A stretch of 53,233 nucleotides of DNA, counting the filler, from Circinaria calcarea (lineage: Eukaryota): the NCBI GenBank assembly GCA_051942165.1. It is 2 parts of 2 records of this genome, joined end to end, with 100 filler letters (N's around TTAATTAATTAA, not from the genome) between each part and the next. Parts side by side here need not be neighbours in the genome. Positions count along the whole stretch, not along the records: positions 26,746 to 53,233 come from JAVECS010000077.1; 1 more part is not named here. One strand, 5' to 3'. A program made the position numbers and the translations under genes. Within the stretch, counting starts at the first letter, position 1. Every line of letters starts with the position of its first letter. This document shows, one piece after another, positions 26,646-40,869 of this stretch. The notes below the pieces were generated by a model. The model was not told where the DNA came from. It worked only from the letters and a program-made list of their open reading frames with translations, and did no database searches.

Positions 26646-26745
26646 NNNNNNNNNNNNNNNNNNNNNNNNNNNNNNNNNNNNNNNNNNNNTTAATTAATTA
26701 ANNNNNNNNNNNNNNNNNNNNNNNNNNNNNNNNNNNNNNNNNNNN
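26646..26745. other. Assembly gap / artificial contig spacer
   Basis: 44 N + TTAATTAATTAA (stop codons in all six frames) + 44 N = exactly 100 nt. Confidence 0.97.
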
Positions 26746-27105
26746 GAAAGGTGGGATGGAGGGAGAAGGATGAAGGAAAGAGGAAGGGGGGGGGGGTAAG
26801 TTTGGGACTTTTGGGAGTTTGGGAAGAGGTATGAGTGGTGGGGTAGCTAGGTGGAGGGTAACATGGGGGTTTGAGAGAGGGAAGGGGAAACCATGATGGT
26901 AAACTCGACGAAATGGAGTTTGAGAATTTTCTTGTTGCTCCCCCGTCGCCCCCGTGTATAAGGAAGGGAATATCAAACCACTTGATTTGGTTCTTAGCCA
27001 CTGTTGTACTAGGGCTCATCCTATCTATAGTAAATTAAGCCTCGCTCACGCTTTCGTATCGACCGCCCTCCCATCCCCAACAACCGTACCCTCTTCCCTC
27101 ACATC

Positions 27106-28248
27106 TCAATTCGCACTCGCATCATCTTCCTCCCAGAACTTGTTCCCCTTATCCCTGCCGAGAATCAACCCGCCAATATCAAAAGGATCGAAAACCGTAA
27201 TGATAAACGGCCGCTTATCAACCCATCCCGGTCCTTCCCTTTCGGTAACCCCGTCCTGAGCTAGATACGTCTTGTTCGATTTCGGGAGGAAACGGGCGGG
27301 ATGGAAGACGTTGAACATGACCGAGTTGACGAGCATCAGTAGCCCATCGAAGACGTAGAAGAAAGCTTCGTGCGTTTCCAAGTAGCCGCCGTAGCCCTGG
27401 AAGGTTTCGATGACGCGGTAAATGTTCCGGACGAGGATGAGCGCGTTGCTAGCGTAAAGGAGGTAGATGATCGTGCGGATTCTGGGCGTGAGGACCCGCG
27501 CTCTGATGCAGCGGATATGGAAGATTATTTCTACAGCGATGAAGCCGCAAAAGAGGCCGACTTGGAGGAGTAAAGAGGCTTTGATGAGACTGGTGCCGAT
27601 GCTTTGTTGTTGGGGGTCGGAGTAGTTGCTTATGCGGCCGGCTCCGCTGCCAGTTAAAGCGCCGACGATGAAGTCGAGACCGAGGAAGGTGGAGACGACG
27701 CGGCCGGGGTGCATGGGGGTAAGGTAGGGGATGTAGTAGAGGGTGTGGCCAAGAATAAAGTAGTTTGCGGCTGCGTACACGGGGCTGGGAAGGGAAGAGG
27801 TTAGCAAGAGCTGGGATTTGAGGGCAAGAGGTGTAGGAAGATGGACGGATTTCTTGGAAAAGCATCCAGGTGAGATCCACTAAAAGCGGCTTACGGGGCA
27901 ACCAGAAGCAAGACTATGCTGGCAATGAAGATTCCGAGATTATCAGGATTGTATGCCGAAACTTCGCGCATGATGAAACCGGTGGTGAAGAGGAGACTGG
28001 CCCAAGGGAGGATGCCCGTGATTCTCCATGCATTGTATTTGCTAGAAACTAATGTTAGCAGCAAGCCGGCGATAAGGGAGGGATTACTGACATATTCTGG
28101 TAAGTATGGAGGATTGTGGATATGGCGAATAAGATGCAGAATAAAATGGGGGCAGCTCTGCTCGGGGTGTAGGAGTATACTGTATGGATTAGCGGTTGAC
28201 TGTAGGAATGATGAGCAAATACTAACTCGTGTAATCGGACTCGCTCAT
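27106..28248 (-). CDS. RTA1-like lipid-translocating exporter family 7-TM protein
   Basis: Spliced start MSESDYTIYSYTPSRAAPILF, then APPVYAAANYFILG, LILVRNIYRVIE..QG..GYL.THEAFFYVFDG and HPARFLP. TATAAAA on the minus strand near 28420. Confidence 0.9.
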
Positions 28249-29000
28249 CCTCGATATACGTAGAATGGAGATACTCTATTATATCGATGGCCAATACTGT
28301 ACCGACTAGTACCAACGAGGGTTCGCCAGGACGGTCTAAAGAGACTTGGTACAGAGAAAGCTCAAATGGTAGATGAAAGGATCAAGCAAAGGTATATTGC
28401 ACAGAAAGGACATTTTTATATTGCAGCCGTGCCAAGGGCCGTGGCAGTAAGCTGATACAAGGAGCTAAGGAAAATATCTCAAGCCCGAAGGGTATACAGC
28501 TACTAGTTGGGATGGTCACAGTTAGCATGCTACATATTGGCAAGGCAGAGAGTGTCGTTCTGTCAGCCCGTCAGTCTGCACACTCTTGGGGGCCATGTCT
28601 TTGTATCTTGGCCATCGAATCAAAATCCGGGGTTGACGAGGATTCTCTAGAAGCCATTTTCTCCCTCCCATGCTGACGGGGCGCAGGGCAAAAGACCTTC
28701 TTGGCGACTATGCTTGCGCCGTTGTCAATGACCCGGTTTCTCGTATTGAGGGAGGATGGCCAAAACTTGGCGTTTGAAGGTCACACCGCCGGTTCCTCAC
28801 CTGACAGCCGCTCGGCTTGAATCACTAACTCGGCCGTTGCCGCACTATGGTACGGCCGTCGGGATCTACCATACGGAGTACATGAAATTCATCGCCGTCG
28901 ATCCAAAATATTACATACATCGGAGACGGGAATGCCTCGTGGGCATTGTCGCGTGCGCGAATCCTAGCCCATCTCTACAACTACATCGATTCTGTGGTAG

Positions 29001-32000
29001 ATGGCTTCTTTGTCCAATTCGAGCCGGGTTCAAGGTAGAGTGCCAGCAATGCAGCAGAGGTAGATGCTCACGTGCTGAGAAACCCTTTTTTCACAGTCGA
29101 ATACAGTGATCCCTCCAACGTCTTCCATTTGATCTCCAATGACCTGCACGCGCGACTTCCTCTTCGTAATCTACATTGGAACTCTCCCTCACGCCCACTT
29201 CGCTCGATAGATTCCCTCTTTGTCGAGTTTGTACCAGACCGGAAAAGCGCTCCCCAGTTTCAAGGTCGGTCGGCTTCCGTTGCCAGTCTATCGGGAGCTC
29301 AAGACAATGCTTCGTCAACATCTCTGGCTAATGAGGGCCGCCGTGAATCCGAGCCTTTTCCCCTCCAAAAGGAGAGAAGGCATCAAATCCCAGGCCTTAG
29401 ACAGACCCCTTACCTAAAGGTCTATCTCCTCCGATGTGATGATGTTGATACCTACAAGTCTTCGTCGAGAAGGATGCTGCGTGAATGGATCAAGGAGCAT
29501 ACATCTCACCAGCCCGGTAGCGGTTCGGCCAACAGTCAGGAAAACCACGATGCTTTCGAGTGGATGATCATCCATGAGGTCCTCCCAGATCCGGCTTCCG
29601 CGTCAGGATGGTCTACTCGCACTTCGTCCAATGTATTGGAAAAGCTCAGGGCGGACTTTAACGGTTCATCAAAGCCTGCAATTGATCGCGTTGCACAGGT
29701 ACCGGCGAGCAAAAGTACGCAAGCCCAAGGTGCCCGGGCTAACTCGGTCCCTGCAGGTATAGTAGGCCGCGATGAGTATTCAATGCAGGCCGCTGCTGCC
29801 TGGGAAGATGTCATAACCAAAGTCAAGTCACTCATCTTAGCCTCTTTTGATCTCAGGGTGAGGCAGTACGAGGAAGATATCAAGGAAAAAGGATCCCAGC
29901 GAAATCTACCCGGATGGAACTTTTGTACTTTCTTCGTCCTCAAAGAAGGCTTGGCAAGAGGGTTTGAGAATGTTGGTTTGGTGGAAGACGCGCTTATAGG
30001 CTATGACGAGCTTAGCATTGAGCTTCAGATGGCTATTCGCGATCAGAAGGAGAAAGCGTCATCAGGACAACATCCCGGCCTCTTTCGAGAACACACACAA
30101 GAACTGTTAACGCTTGCCGAATCGGCCTACCAACAGTTACAAAGCAGCCCGGGGAGCAAAAGGATTACCAAGCAACCTAGCATCTCTGTCCTTGACTCGG
30201 ATAGGAAGCACTATCGAGAACTCATACTCGCCAACAATATATCCGCATTTGACTTTCAGAATTATGTATTCTCGAGACAATTCTCATTACTTTCCCGGAT
30301 GGCAGGTCTCTCCTCTGCGGAACCGACCTCTCCCCGGAAGCACTCTCGGCCAAACACTCCGAACCCTGGAACAGAAGCTGGAGTTATAGAGAATCTGTCG
30401 ATACTCGCAGAGATCTGTAGTCGGGCTCTCGGATTCATTACTGCTACAGGAAGAATGATCCGTGAAGACCTGCGAACTTCGTTCCATAACAATGAGCAGA
30501 CAGACGAGGCATCTGCAGCGCTGCGCTTCGGAATCATTGAGGATTTGGTGGCTGCGTGGACTTTCACAACGGGCCAGCAAGTGCTTGCTAAGACCAATGT
30601 CTCATACATTTCAAAACAGCTACAATTGTATTCACAAGAGATTGCTAAATCGAAGGGTAATAGCATCCCTAGAACCCCTTTTGGGAAAGAGACTGTGGCT
30701 CAATCTCCTCCACTTTCGACTCTGCCCCGTAGAATAAGCTCGTTGCTTGGTCCCCAGAAATCCGTATTAGTCTCACCTGAGCAGCAAACATTCTCCGACA
30801 CCTTGGCGTCTTCTCAGAGGTCTCCCGTACCAACTCAGTCGCAGACAAGTCTTCATTACTTCGCTGCTCATAGGGCAGAGTTGTACCTCGTTGCCAGACG
30901 GGCTCTCAGTAGTCTCGGTCTAAGGCGCGGTTGGAAAACTGGATGGACTGCAGTCGCGATCAGAGAAGAGCTGGGCGACGGGGATCTTGATGAGGTTCCT
31001 CTAGATGAGGAGACTAAGCCCAACGAGGCAGGGGCAGCATATGTAGCTTCATCCACCGTAACAGTAGGTCTACCCGGTTTACAAAATGATGAGCTAGATG
31101 TTGCACTGGCTTCTGAGAAATGTTTCTATTCCGCATACGAGGTAAGCTACCTCAATGTTTATATCCGAGTGATGTCTTACTATCTTTAGGATCTTACTCG
31201 GGTAACTTTGCAGCTATATCAGTTTTCCGGTAACCAAAAGTTTACGGAAGGGCTGACGGCAGATCTTGCTACTGTCCGATTGTAGGATACTTTACCTTCG
31301 TGATCTCATTGGCTATGACTGATCATATTCTAGTTATCTCAAAGATTATGAAGCTGCCGCGTTATATTTTCGCCAATTGGCTCCCTTCTATGCTGGCGAT
31401 GATTGGAATAACCTGGAAATTGGCGTACTTGATATGTACTCTCGTTGTCTTAAGAAACTCGATCAACTCGAGGAATACATTCGCGTTTCGCTAAGACTAG
31501 TTGCGAAGTTGGTTCGATCAAAAAGTCAAAATACAGATACAAGTCACACGGGGTTGCGCTTCCCAAACGTGACGGGCTTTAGGGATATAAGGAACGACAC
31601 TGGATATCTGAGGGACCTGATTGAGGCTTCTGAACGCTTGGAAGAACCCATTTCTATTCCAATGGAAGACTACTTTACAAAAGTCCATGTGGATCCGTAT
31701 TTAGAGCATTTTGTACACAAAGATGGCTTTCAACTCACTCTAGAATTTCGGTATATAGTGACTGATGAAATAACGGCTGATCAGATCAAGATAAGACTAG
31801 TTAATATAGACGACAAACAGGCTGGAGATATATGGCTTACTTCTGGAGGGCCTACCACGATCAGCTACGGTCGTACCAAGGTACCTGTTACTGCTACCGT
31901 ATGTAACCTTATCGCGGATCTTTGGCAAGTAAGCTCACATATCTAGACTATCATCCCCGGGTGGTATAAAGTGGACAAGATTACAGTTTCTTCGGCGAAG

Positions 32001-33768
32001 ATACTCTTTACTTACGACTTCTCTCCTGTTGCTATCGGTGGATTCTTTGATGGCTATCAAGACAATGCCTCCACTCAACCAGTGGTTCTTAAACCTCATA
32101 TTCTAGTCTGGCCATCGTCGCGTGCACTGGGAGCTCATGTGGATTTGAACAAGGAGATTCATCTGGAGCAATCAAGGTCGATTGTAATCGATATTTCTTC
32201 CGGCTCTAACCTCGTCACCCGAGGACGTCTTCTTGTACGAGCCGGCTCCGCCGGATTGAGACTTCTTAAATCCGATGCAAAACTGATCCAGGGTGATTCT
32301 AATATAAGTTACAACCCGCCTGAAGGTATTATCTGCTTTGAACAGCTGGCAGCGGACATGAATCTGAAAATACGAGTACCTTATAAACTCGAGACTGATA
32401 TGAAAGATATCACTATCAAGATAGAAGTCACATACAGTACCGAACATGGTGAATTCTCATACGTCAGCACCCACACCCTTTCCATACTCCTGCCCTTGGG
32501 TGTAAATGTGCAGGACGTTTTCAAGCAGGGTGCGTTGTTCTCCAAGTTTGCAATCAGTGCCTCCACTTCGATCCCACTTGACCTCTTGAGCTGCCATCTC
32601 GAGGGAACAAGGGATTTCGAAGCAAAGTCGCCATTAGCAAGAAGCTTGCGACTCTTTGTTTCAACGAAACAGCCGGCTTCCATGGTATATAAGATCAGCC
32701 ACAAAAAGCAAAATGACTCGAATGGAAAAGCGTTACAGACGAGGCTTTCGATGTACATCGAGTATCAATGCCTGGATGAAGCGGTATGCTCTGCCGTTCG
32801 ATACTGCCTTCTCGGTCAATTACAGGGCAGCAAATTCACCAAGTATACTCGTCTTTTGTCGCACTCAATCGAAGGTATCCTTCGTTCACGATTAAGCCCC
32901 CCAAATTATGAAAGAATTGGCTTGCTCCGTGACTTTGACATGGGCAGCTTTTACACTTTTCATTGGGATAAGGTTCTAGGTGGCTTGCCTTTTGAAGCTC
33001 GTCAGGAATTAGTAACATGGCTGCAAAGTTGGCACCAGGTAAGCTCTCCCAAATTGTTAAAGTAGCTTACATAACGCTCCAGTAGGAAAACCCAACGATC
33101 GATCTTGAGAAGGTCGGCCCGACGCCGATGATCCGGCGTATCGTCATCCCGGTAGATGTACCACAATTGCAGATCATTCACACGGCTTCCCTACGAGTCT
33201 TCCGTGATTCTCAGAGTTCTGGATATGGTTTCGGTCCTGTTGCCGTCGGTCAAGCTATCACAGCAGAGCTCAAGATCAAATACTCCCGCGAATGGGACAC
33301 TCGTGAAGATACGCCAGGTAGCAAAACTGAAAAACTTGGATTTTACTACGCACTGGATGCCAGCCCTGATACGTGGCTCATCGGCGGTCAGCGACGGGCT
33401 TATTTTACTGCCGCAGTAAGAGGTCTATTGAAACAATGACCAACCACTGCTGACGCTCGTCTTAGGAGGATCAAGTCGTCACATTCCCAATTCTTCTTAT
33501 TCCCCAAAGACCAGGCTACCTACTGTATCCATCCATTGATATCAGACCCGATGAGCAGCATGAGTACGAGCAAGATATGAGATCGCCTTCGTTGACGCCG
33601 AAACCCCCTCCTCTGACTTGTGAGATCGACTATCGGAACCACGGAGAATCTATTCTGGTTGTGCCAAATGTGAGCAGTACTACAGTTAGCCTTGAACCTG
33701 ATGGACATGGGGGTGGAGCGTGGCTGGTGGAAGCTGAAACTAAGCACGCAACTACATTGGTACGGTAG
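29001..33768 (+). CDS. TRS130: TRAPP II complex subunit Trs130/TRAPPC10
   Basis: Spliced start MASLSNSSRVQVEYSDPS. LPLRNLHW...RPLRSI, RRHQIPGLRQTPYL, LPGWNFCTFFVLKEGLA.GFE and C-terminal WLIGGQRRA / LIPQRPGYLLYP motifs. Multi-exon. Confidence 0.93.
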
Positions 33769-34166
33769 ATCTTCTAAAGTTGAATATAGTGTGCTCAAAG
33801 GTTATTATTGCTTCCTTGGGACTCGTGACTATCATTCCGCCATTCGGATGTTGCATTTAGTTCTCTTACGCAAGTGTATCTGCATTCCAAACTATGTGAA
33901 ATATATACATTCTATACAAGGCCAGAACGTAGGCTGTGTAGCCTAAGGCCAAATTCAGCCAGCTGATTATCGTCCTTCCTATGTCATAATTACTTGTCGA
34001 TTTTGGAGGCTCTGCCAGGATATAAGTAGGTTAATTTCAACTCTTCTGATCTTTTAACGACTTCAGATAACAATCGGCAGCGAAACAGTTGATTGAAGAA
34101 AAGAGAATTATGGAGGAAAGACTCTGGTGGATTTCGAAATTTTGATTGAAGACATCTGTTCTAAAG

Positions 34167-34184
34167 ATATATATATATATATAT
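34167..34184. repeat. (AT)9 microsatellite
   Basis: Direct observation. Confidence 0.95.
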
Positions 34185-34339
34185 GCTGAAAGAGAATAGA
34201 CTTCACACTGGTCTTGCTTTGATATTTATGGGTTACTCATTTAGTTGAAAGACTACGATAAGATGTACATAAATCAGCGAGCCGGCTATCCCTGATTGCA
34301 CCGACAGCGATACAACCAAAAATTTTATGTCACTTGTGG

Positions 34340-37300
34340 AATAGCAGATTCTTGATGGTTTTACCATCTTACACCTGGCGCGATCCATTGCGTAAAGCTC
34401 CCCTTCTCAACGTTTTATCATTGCAGATTTTAATGTTTGAACACCTTTACACGTCTGCTCCCCTTAACGCGGATGAGACTGTCAGTTTCTTTGCTGTAAC
34501 GGCTTTCCAGAGGGTTTACCCTAAGAGGAGCCTCGTCAACTAGCTAACATTTTCACATATCTTCTCATTAGTCAAGCCTCTCCAGTCACCTTGCTTAGCA
34601 TAGTCGATTTGCATGAACGATTCTTCGAACCCAACAGTTCTGGTTCGAAATCGCGACTCTTTGTTTGGCGGCCGCTAGATCCTAACAGCGCGGTGAATTA
34701 CTCAAGACTCGAGAGTAAATCACATCAAACGTGTTAGGTTTCGGATAATAGAAGACCCTTTTCCTACTCTCTTCGACATGGATGAGTAATAGCATATGAT
34801 AGTCCGTAAGAACCGGAATAAGGAAACTTGATTTAGGCGTCTTGTACCTGCTAGTTCTTTCCCTTATTATACAATACCGGCGGTTGTACTTTGACAACCA
34901 ACGATCTTTCATCAGGAGACTCACAAACTATAGTTCGGAAAAATAAGAAGTGGCCTTCCGGCAAGGAATAGAATAAGGTATGAAGAGCCCTATGGCCATA
35001 AACTAGGCCTAAATATTACGCCGAACCTGGTGCAGCAACAGACCGTCTATTAACAAAAGTGTATTATATAAAAGACTTTATGGTAGATCATTAATTTTGC
35101 CCTTTCAAAACTGACATCAACCACGTCTACAGAAAATCCACCAGTGAGACGCGGAGAAGGATCTCTTGATCAGGCAATTCTGCCAATAGAACCGCAGTGG
35201 CTCTACCACAACGTTGAGATAGGTCATCCTATGGCCCCAAGACATGGATATGATGAGAAAACAACAAGACTGAGCCCTATTCCATAGCGCACCGGAGAGG
35301 AATTGGCCCAGCGGGAAATGCCTATTGGGGTTGGAGTGAATGGACCGGCATGGTCGCGGTTTCCGTCTTGCAGAATGGAAAGTTCCCATGCTGGGCGGCA
35401 TATGGCGGAATAGCAAAGATACTGCAGTAAGGGCGGGTAATTGCTGCAACTTCGACCTATACTTCAAGTGCTTACAATACTTCTCAGCCAGACTCCCCCC
35501 ATAAGAGTAAGCATCGAGAAAGGGCGGAAAATGTAAACCACTTCGCCCAACTTCCATCGGGTGAACCTCGAGTCATAGAATTTAGGTTGTTGGGAGTTGG
35601 TTTAAAAGAAAGCGTGACAGGAAGCACTGATGTTTGGAGGTTTCTTATATCCGTGAAGCGATGGAGTTCGAGTTTTAGGAGTTGGCTTATTAACCGCGAT
35701 GTCCTAAATTAAACGGACTCAATATTGGGGCTGCCTTAAAATCTAAAAATGGGAGGCCGAGTAAGACTAAGTGAGCAAGGTTGGACACCACCAAGTTGGG
35801 AAAAGTTGAGAAAAGAATTTGGCGTTGGATCTTCCAGGCAGAATGGTGACCGCTTTTGTGGAAGCCTAAAGACTAAATTAATGAGCATAGAGGATAGGAC
35901 TATTGGATTTAAGAAAGGCAATGAAATTTATCGGAGTCCGACATACCGTCAATTCAACTCTGCAATATATCAAGGCGTCATGAAAAGGTTTAGAAGCATA
36001 TGAGTGGGATAATTAATTGCCCGCAATCTAGACCCCTTACCTCGGCTTGCACAATATACCCCAACAAAAGAGCAAATTTGGCCTCACGACAACGAGAAAC
36101 AGACTTTGGGGGGCTAAACTTGGCAAAATAATGAGTTTGTCGCTGGCTGGCAATAACCCGAAGCTTTCCAGGTTGCCTCCCGGTCGAGGGTAGTTAGGAT
36201 TGAAAGATTTAATATTAAGAAAAACGGCCCGTTTAGGGGTAAGGCAGAGATGGGGTTCCCAATACTGACTGCGGATAGCCATTGCCGACTAAGACCCGGA
36301 CAAACCACATTCCACTCAACGACAGAATGAAGAGGAGGAAATAGGTTCGAGTCAATACAGTCAAGATGTCAGCAACATCACGTATCGACTACAGATTCCT
36401 CCGTGATCCAACCAGCACAGTTCTCCGAGATTGGTATCGAAAAGTCGACCTTTGCGGAGACAGAGCTAGCAAGAAACCTCAACAATAGTGGCTGCCAGTC
36501 TATCACCGTCAAAAACGCGGCCTATTTCAAACCCGCGACTGTTTGCGTTTTCGCCAAGCTATCGCTTTTGTTACGGCTCAGGAATCCTTGATGCACGAAT
36601 TTCCTGTGTTGGAAAGAACGAGGGTGGGTACCAATAAGTCTCGAGGCAGCGCTCAGAGGCAACGCTCACAACTACTTCACCACGGCTAAGCTAACAAAAT
36701 GCTTTATAATACATGATACAACTGTGTCTAGGACCCACAATTAGATGGGCGGAGATACTCGTCCAGACTTTTTATAGGGTCTATTCATGGTGGGAGATTG
36801 AAAGGATAAGGGTCATACAAGCCCCTTTGCTGGGAGGTCTCATATCAATAATCTTCCTGCAGAGCAAACACTATGGATGCAGACGCCTTTATTAAAGAAA
36901 AACCCGGTTTCGAGGAACACAGCCGCATTCTCTCAGGCGCTGGTAGCGATGACGAAGAAATATCTGGCATTGAGGCCAAAGCAACTCCCACCCCCGGCTA
37001 ACCTTCGCAAAACCCGTGTCGCTCGAGCGAGAAAGAGTTGACAAAGGCTGAATGGAAATCTATATCTCGTCCAGCCAGAAAGGCTAAGGCCAGTGCTGAG
37101 CTCAATGCTAAGCATAAGTCGTACAATTTCCTAACCTTGGTGTTAACTGCATTCAAAACCAACTCCTGCTTTGGAAAGAGCTATTTTCTCCTCCGACCTC
37201 GTTTTCACTGCTTTTAAATTAAGATTTTACTGGTCACTGCCTGCCTCGTCCCACTCCCTCCTAGTCTCTTTACCACCAATCTTATATTAAGCCAAAGCGG

Positions 37301-38750
37301 CCTCTCATTACTTCACTTTCGCCGCGAAATTTCGGCCATAATAGAGAGTTCACTCCTGCATTGCCATAAACAAGTCTGGTACAGCTGGGATGAATTTCGC
37401 TTTCTCGGTTTAAATACAGATACTTTCTTCCTTATTCTCAGCATAGAATTTCTATATATCCGGATGTAATGATACTCGATATCTTCAGCCCCTTACGCTC
37501 AACTTCTCGTGTGGATAATTTTGAAATCAACGGAGAACTCCTCCCAACGGGATTGCAGAATATAGGTATAAGGAAAAGTGGTTTATGGATTATGCCTATA
37601 GAGTATTGCTTGTCAATATATATGTTATAACGAACCGGCGACGTCTAAATAGTCTGGGGGCAAAGTTCGAAAGAAATAATTCGACGGTTTTATCACTGAG
37701 ATGAATTATTACTTAATAGTACTCAAGGTTAAAGATGTGCTTTCTCGACGATTTATAAATATATGACTATGAGACTCGGGGATAAGATCTCCTCAATGTG
37801 CAGCCTGTAAAGAATATATATGGTATGGGCTTATGTTAACGACTAAGTGTTGTAAGATGGCGATCCGCTATATTTGTTCATTGCCAGTGGGATGTTCGCA
37901 AAAGGCTAAGATATAACAGTCAGAACGAATACGATTAGCGCCTCCGGATGACACAATTTACTAGTCCTTTGGTTCCGGTCGAGCTAATCATCCCCAGCGG
38001 GCGAGCTGCAGTATAGGCTTAACGTTCTCGCCACGTCTATTACAACATTGCTACCAAGAAAAGAGCGTGCAATAGAATACAAGCTGAACGCCAATTCCCG
38101 GTCTATGCCTGTATAGGTGCCTGGGAATCAGAAACAATCGAGAGGCAACCTATCATAGCGAACCACCAGCCAGACAAGAACTTATACGATCAGACTGTTT
38201 GTAACCAGCCATGGAGCGTCTGTGGAGTCGAAGAATTTCCTTAGAGCATTGCCTCACCCTTCCGAGATTATTTCACCGCTATGTAAAAGGAAGAACTTTC
38301 ACTAGAAAAATACCTTACAGACGATTAAAACATTTATAAATCACTGTCAATTAATAAGCTATCAGCCGAGTAACTCTTGGCAGCCATCGCCCGAATTTTT
38401 ATTGCTGATTACCCCAGCTATCTCTGATAGCGGAATGGCGTCAGACATAGTATTCGAACAACGAATATTAACCTTGAGGATTATGACATGAACCTCGATT
38501 GGGAGCAATGCCGCTCGGAAGCCAAAGTGCGCCATGAAGCAAATCTTGTCATGGCAAATACTGAAATCGATATAAATCCCCGCGTCTAATGAGCTATATT
38601 TCGTTATCAGAAGAAGAGAAGGTAAAATAGCTGTTAGTATTGATGACTATGTCGATTCTCTGCTGACATTTTATTAGAATGCCAGCCCGATATCAGTCCG
38701 CGAATTATTATTAACTACACAGAATCTACTATCCTTCTCATAAATACCTC
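34340..38750 (+). pseudogene. Heavily decayed multi-ankyrin-repeat gene relic
   Basis: No long ORF, but scattered plus-strand ankyrin-like fragments: DGFTILHLA (34354), QGWTP (35776), SAELNAKH (37092), DSGIRSPQCAACKE (37773), DPLYLFIASG (37862), HGASVESKN (38210). Boundaries approximate. Confidence 0.55.
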
Positions 38751-40869
38751 TTCACGACCTTTCACACCAAAGGGAAGCGGTTCCACGACGATTATCTCTC
38801 TCGACGCGGGACGTGTCTAAGAAATAGAATCAGTATAACCCGTATTCCAGCTCTGAATGGCCAGATCTCGTCAGGTGCGGAAATCCAGCTTAGAAAATAT
38901 TGATAAGATCTGTTATTTATCGGTGAAAACTACAAGGAGTGTGAGGTCGAGAAGAGATGAGACACAGGTCCCATCGCGTACCGCCCGAAGCCAGACGGGT
39001 TGAACAACAAGATCTTATGAATAGTGGAGTTGGATGATGAGTATAAACTAGAGGTAGGTTTGGTTGTTTATTGGAATACTGTTTCCCACCTACTGCTTCC
39101 GTTTGCACCTGGTGAACTTAATTGGCCAATTTGGTACTTGTGGGAACTTAACATTGTTACGACATAAAAAGGCGGCGCAACAGAGGAGACGGACCGGATA
39201 CCTTTTCTGCTTGGATATCGAGCGTTGGATGAAGAAGAACGGAATAGAATAGTAGGTACAGGAATCCAAAGAGGCTGTAGTTAGGGAGTCAAGTTCAAGT
39301 AGAAAAGACTCGAAAGACGCACTCGACCAACATACCCTGGATAAACAATAGCTCCAGACAGAACGCGATTAGCTCCGTACTTGCACCACCGAGAGATATA
39401 TCAAATATAAAAAGGTAAATAAGAGTTAGGAGGACCTGTGCGTGGAACAGACGATAGCAGAAATATCTGGAAGGAGTATTTAACCGTGGTGTTATAGACA
39501 AAACTGTATAAGAGGTCGGGACGGGGTATTATACCTACAGCCGTTAGCTCCAATGATAACGGATTATAAATTAATCGCCAGTCGTCTGTCCTATCTCCTA
39601 ACCCCTCAGCTATAGCAATTTTTTTATCTTCTATTAAACTCTCGGCTCATCTGAGATTTTCCTGTTGGAAGCTCTAGTCCCGCGTGCCTCTCTGCCGGCT
39701 TTTTGCAAATTGAACTAATAAACCCGTCTTGGTCGGTTCGAAAAGCCTTGGAGAAAGCAAAACAAAAGTGGAATAATGAGCTCAAAGCATGGTGATAGCG
39801 AAGAAGAAGTTCTATTACATTGAAAAAGCACTGTTCTACCCGAAACTCGCAGAGCCAGAAGAGCGAAAGCCGTAAGTACGAACATGCCCAAATCTGTCAA
39901 TAAACCCACTGTTGTCATCTCAGGCTCCTTTACCAGTACAGTTGATCAAAAACAGTTCCCTTTACCCAACAACAATCTCGAGACAATAGGAAGTACGTCA
40001 GAAGGAAAAAACGACTTGGCTTTTTTATAAGAATGATTTCCTCCCTGATAATTCCTTCTAGCCTATATCGTAGAGCTTGGTTGAGAATCTTGAGGATGCT
40101 TATCAGGCAACCCCAGAATATCCCTCAATTAAAGCGGATTTTTGCTGGCACGTCGGAAGAAGGAGACGATTGAAGAAGGCAGGCTTCGCATTGAAAGGAG
40201 GCATTGTATTGATAAGATATCCAACCATTAAAAGAAGGCATCGCATTGATAATATATTCAGCTACACTCCTTCAAAAGCTAGAAACTTAACACCTCAAAC
40301 CAGCCGGGTAAGCTTTCGAGAAAGAAAACAATTTATTCGGCGCTTTTCCTCGAAACCTCTCCCACCTTATCGGGGAGCAACACATTCGATTGTGAAAAAC
40401 CTTTTTAAGAGGATCCACCTACTTTCTCAGGCAAGCGTTTTAGAAATTTAAGCCCGCCAGGGAGCTTCAAAGGCAAAAGATCACTTGTAGGCACTTCCCG
40501 CGCTCGTTTTCCCGCCGTGATTCGAGATTTTGATTTACGGCATCGTGAAGTTGATCTCTATGAGTTCTAGTGGAAGAAAATTTAATCTGCTTTTATATGA
40601 CGAGAGATCTGGTTTGATAGTCTACAGCCTTCTCAGATGGAGACCGAGCAGAGGGAATAGATACAAGGAAAACCTTTCAGGTTTTAAATACGTCGAGCCT
40701 AGGGCACGGTTGGGAAAGGTGGAATCAAGGGGGAAAACAGTCGGAGTTCCTAGGTAAAATTAAGTTCAGCAGCTGTTCTAGGTATGAAGATAAGACAGCT
40801 ATGCTTTGAAATTACATCATACATGCATAAAATTAGTTATTGTCATATCGGTACGTTGACCGTTTATAG

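Noticed and set aside
36344..36354. GGTTCGA T-loop-like motifs (also near 21202, 34642 and 39735)
   Set aside because: No cloverleaf or A-box context; not tRNA genes
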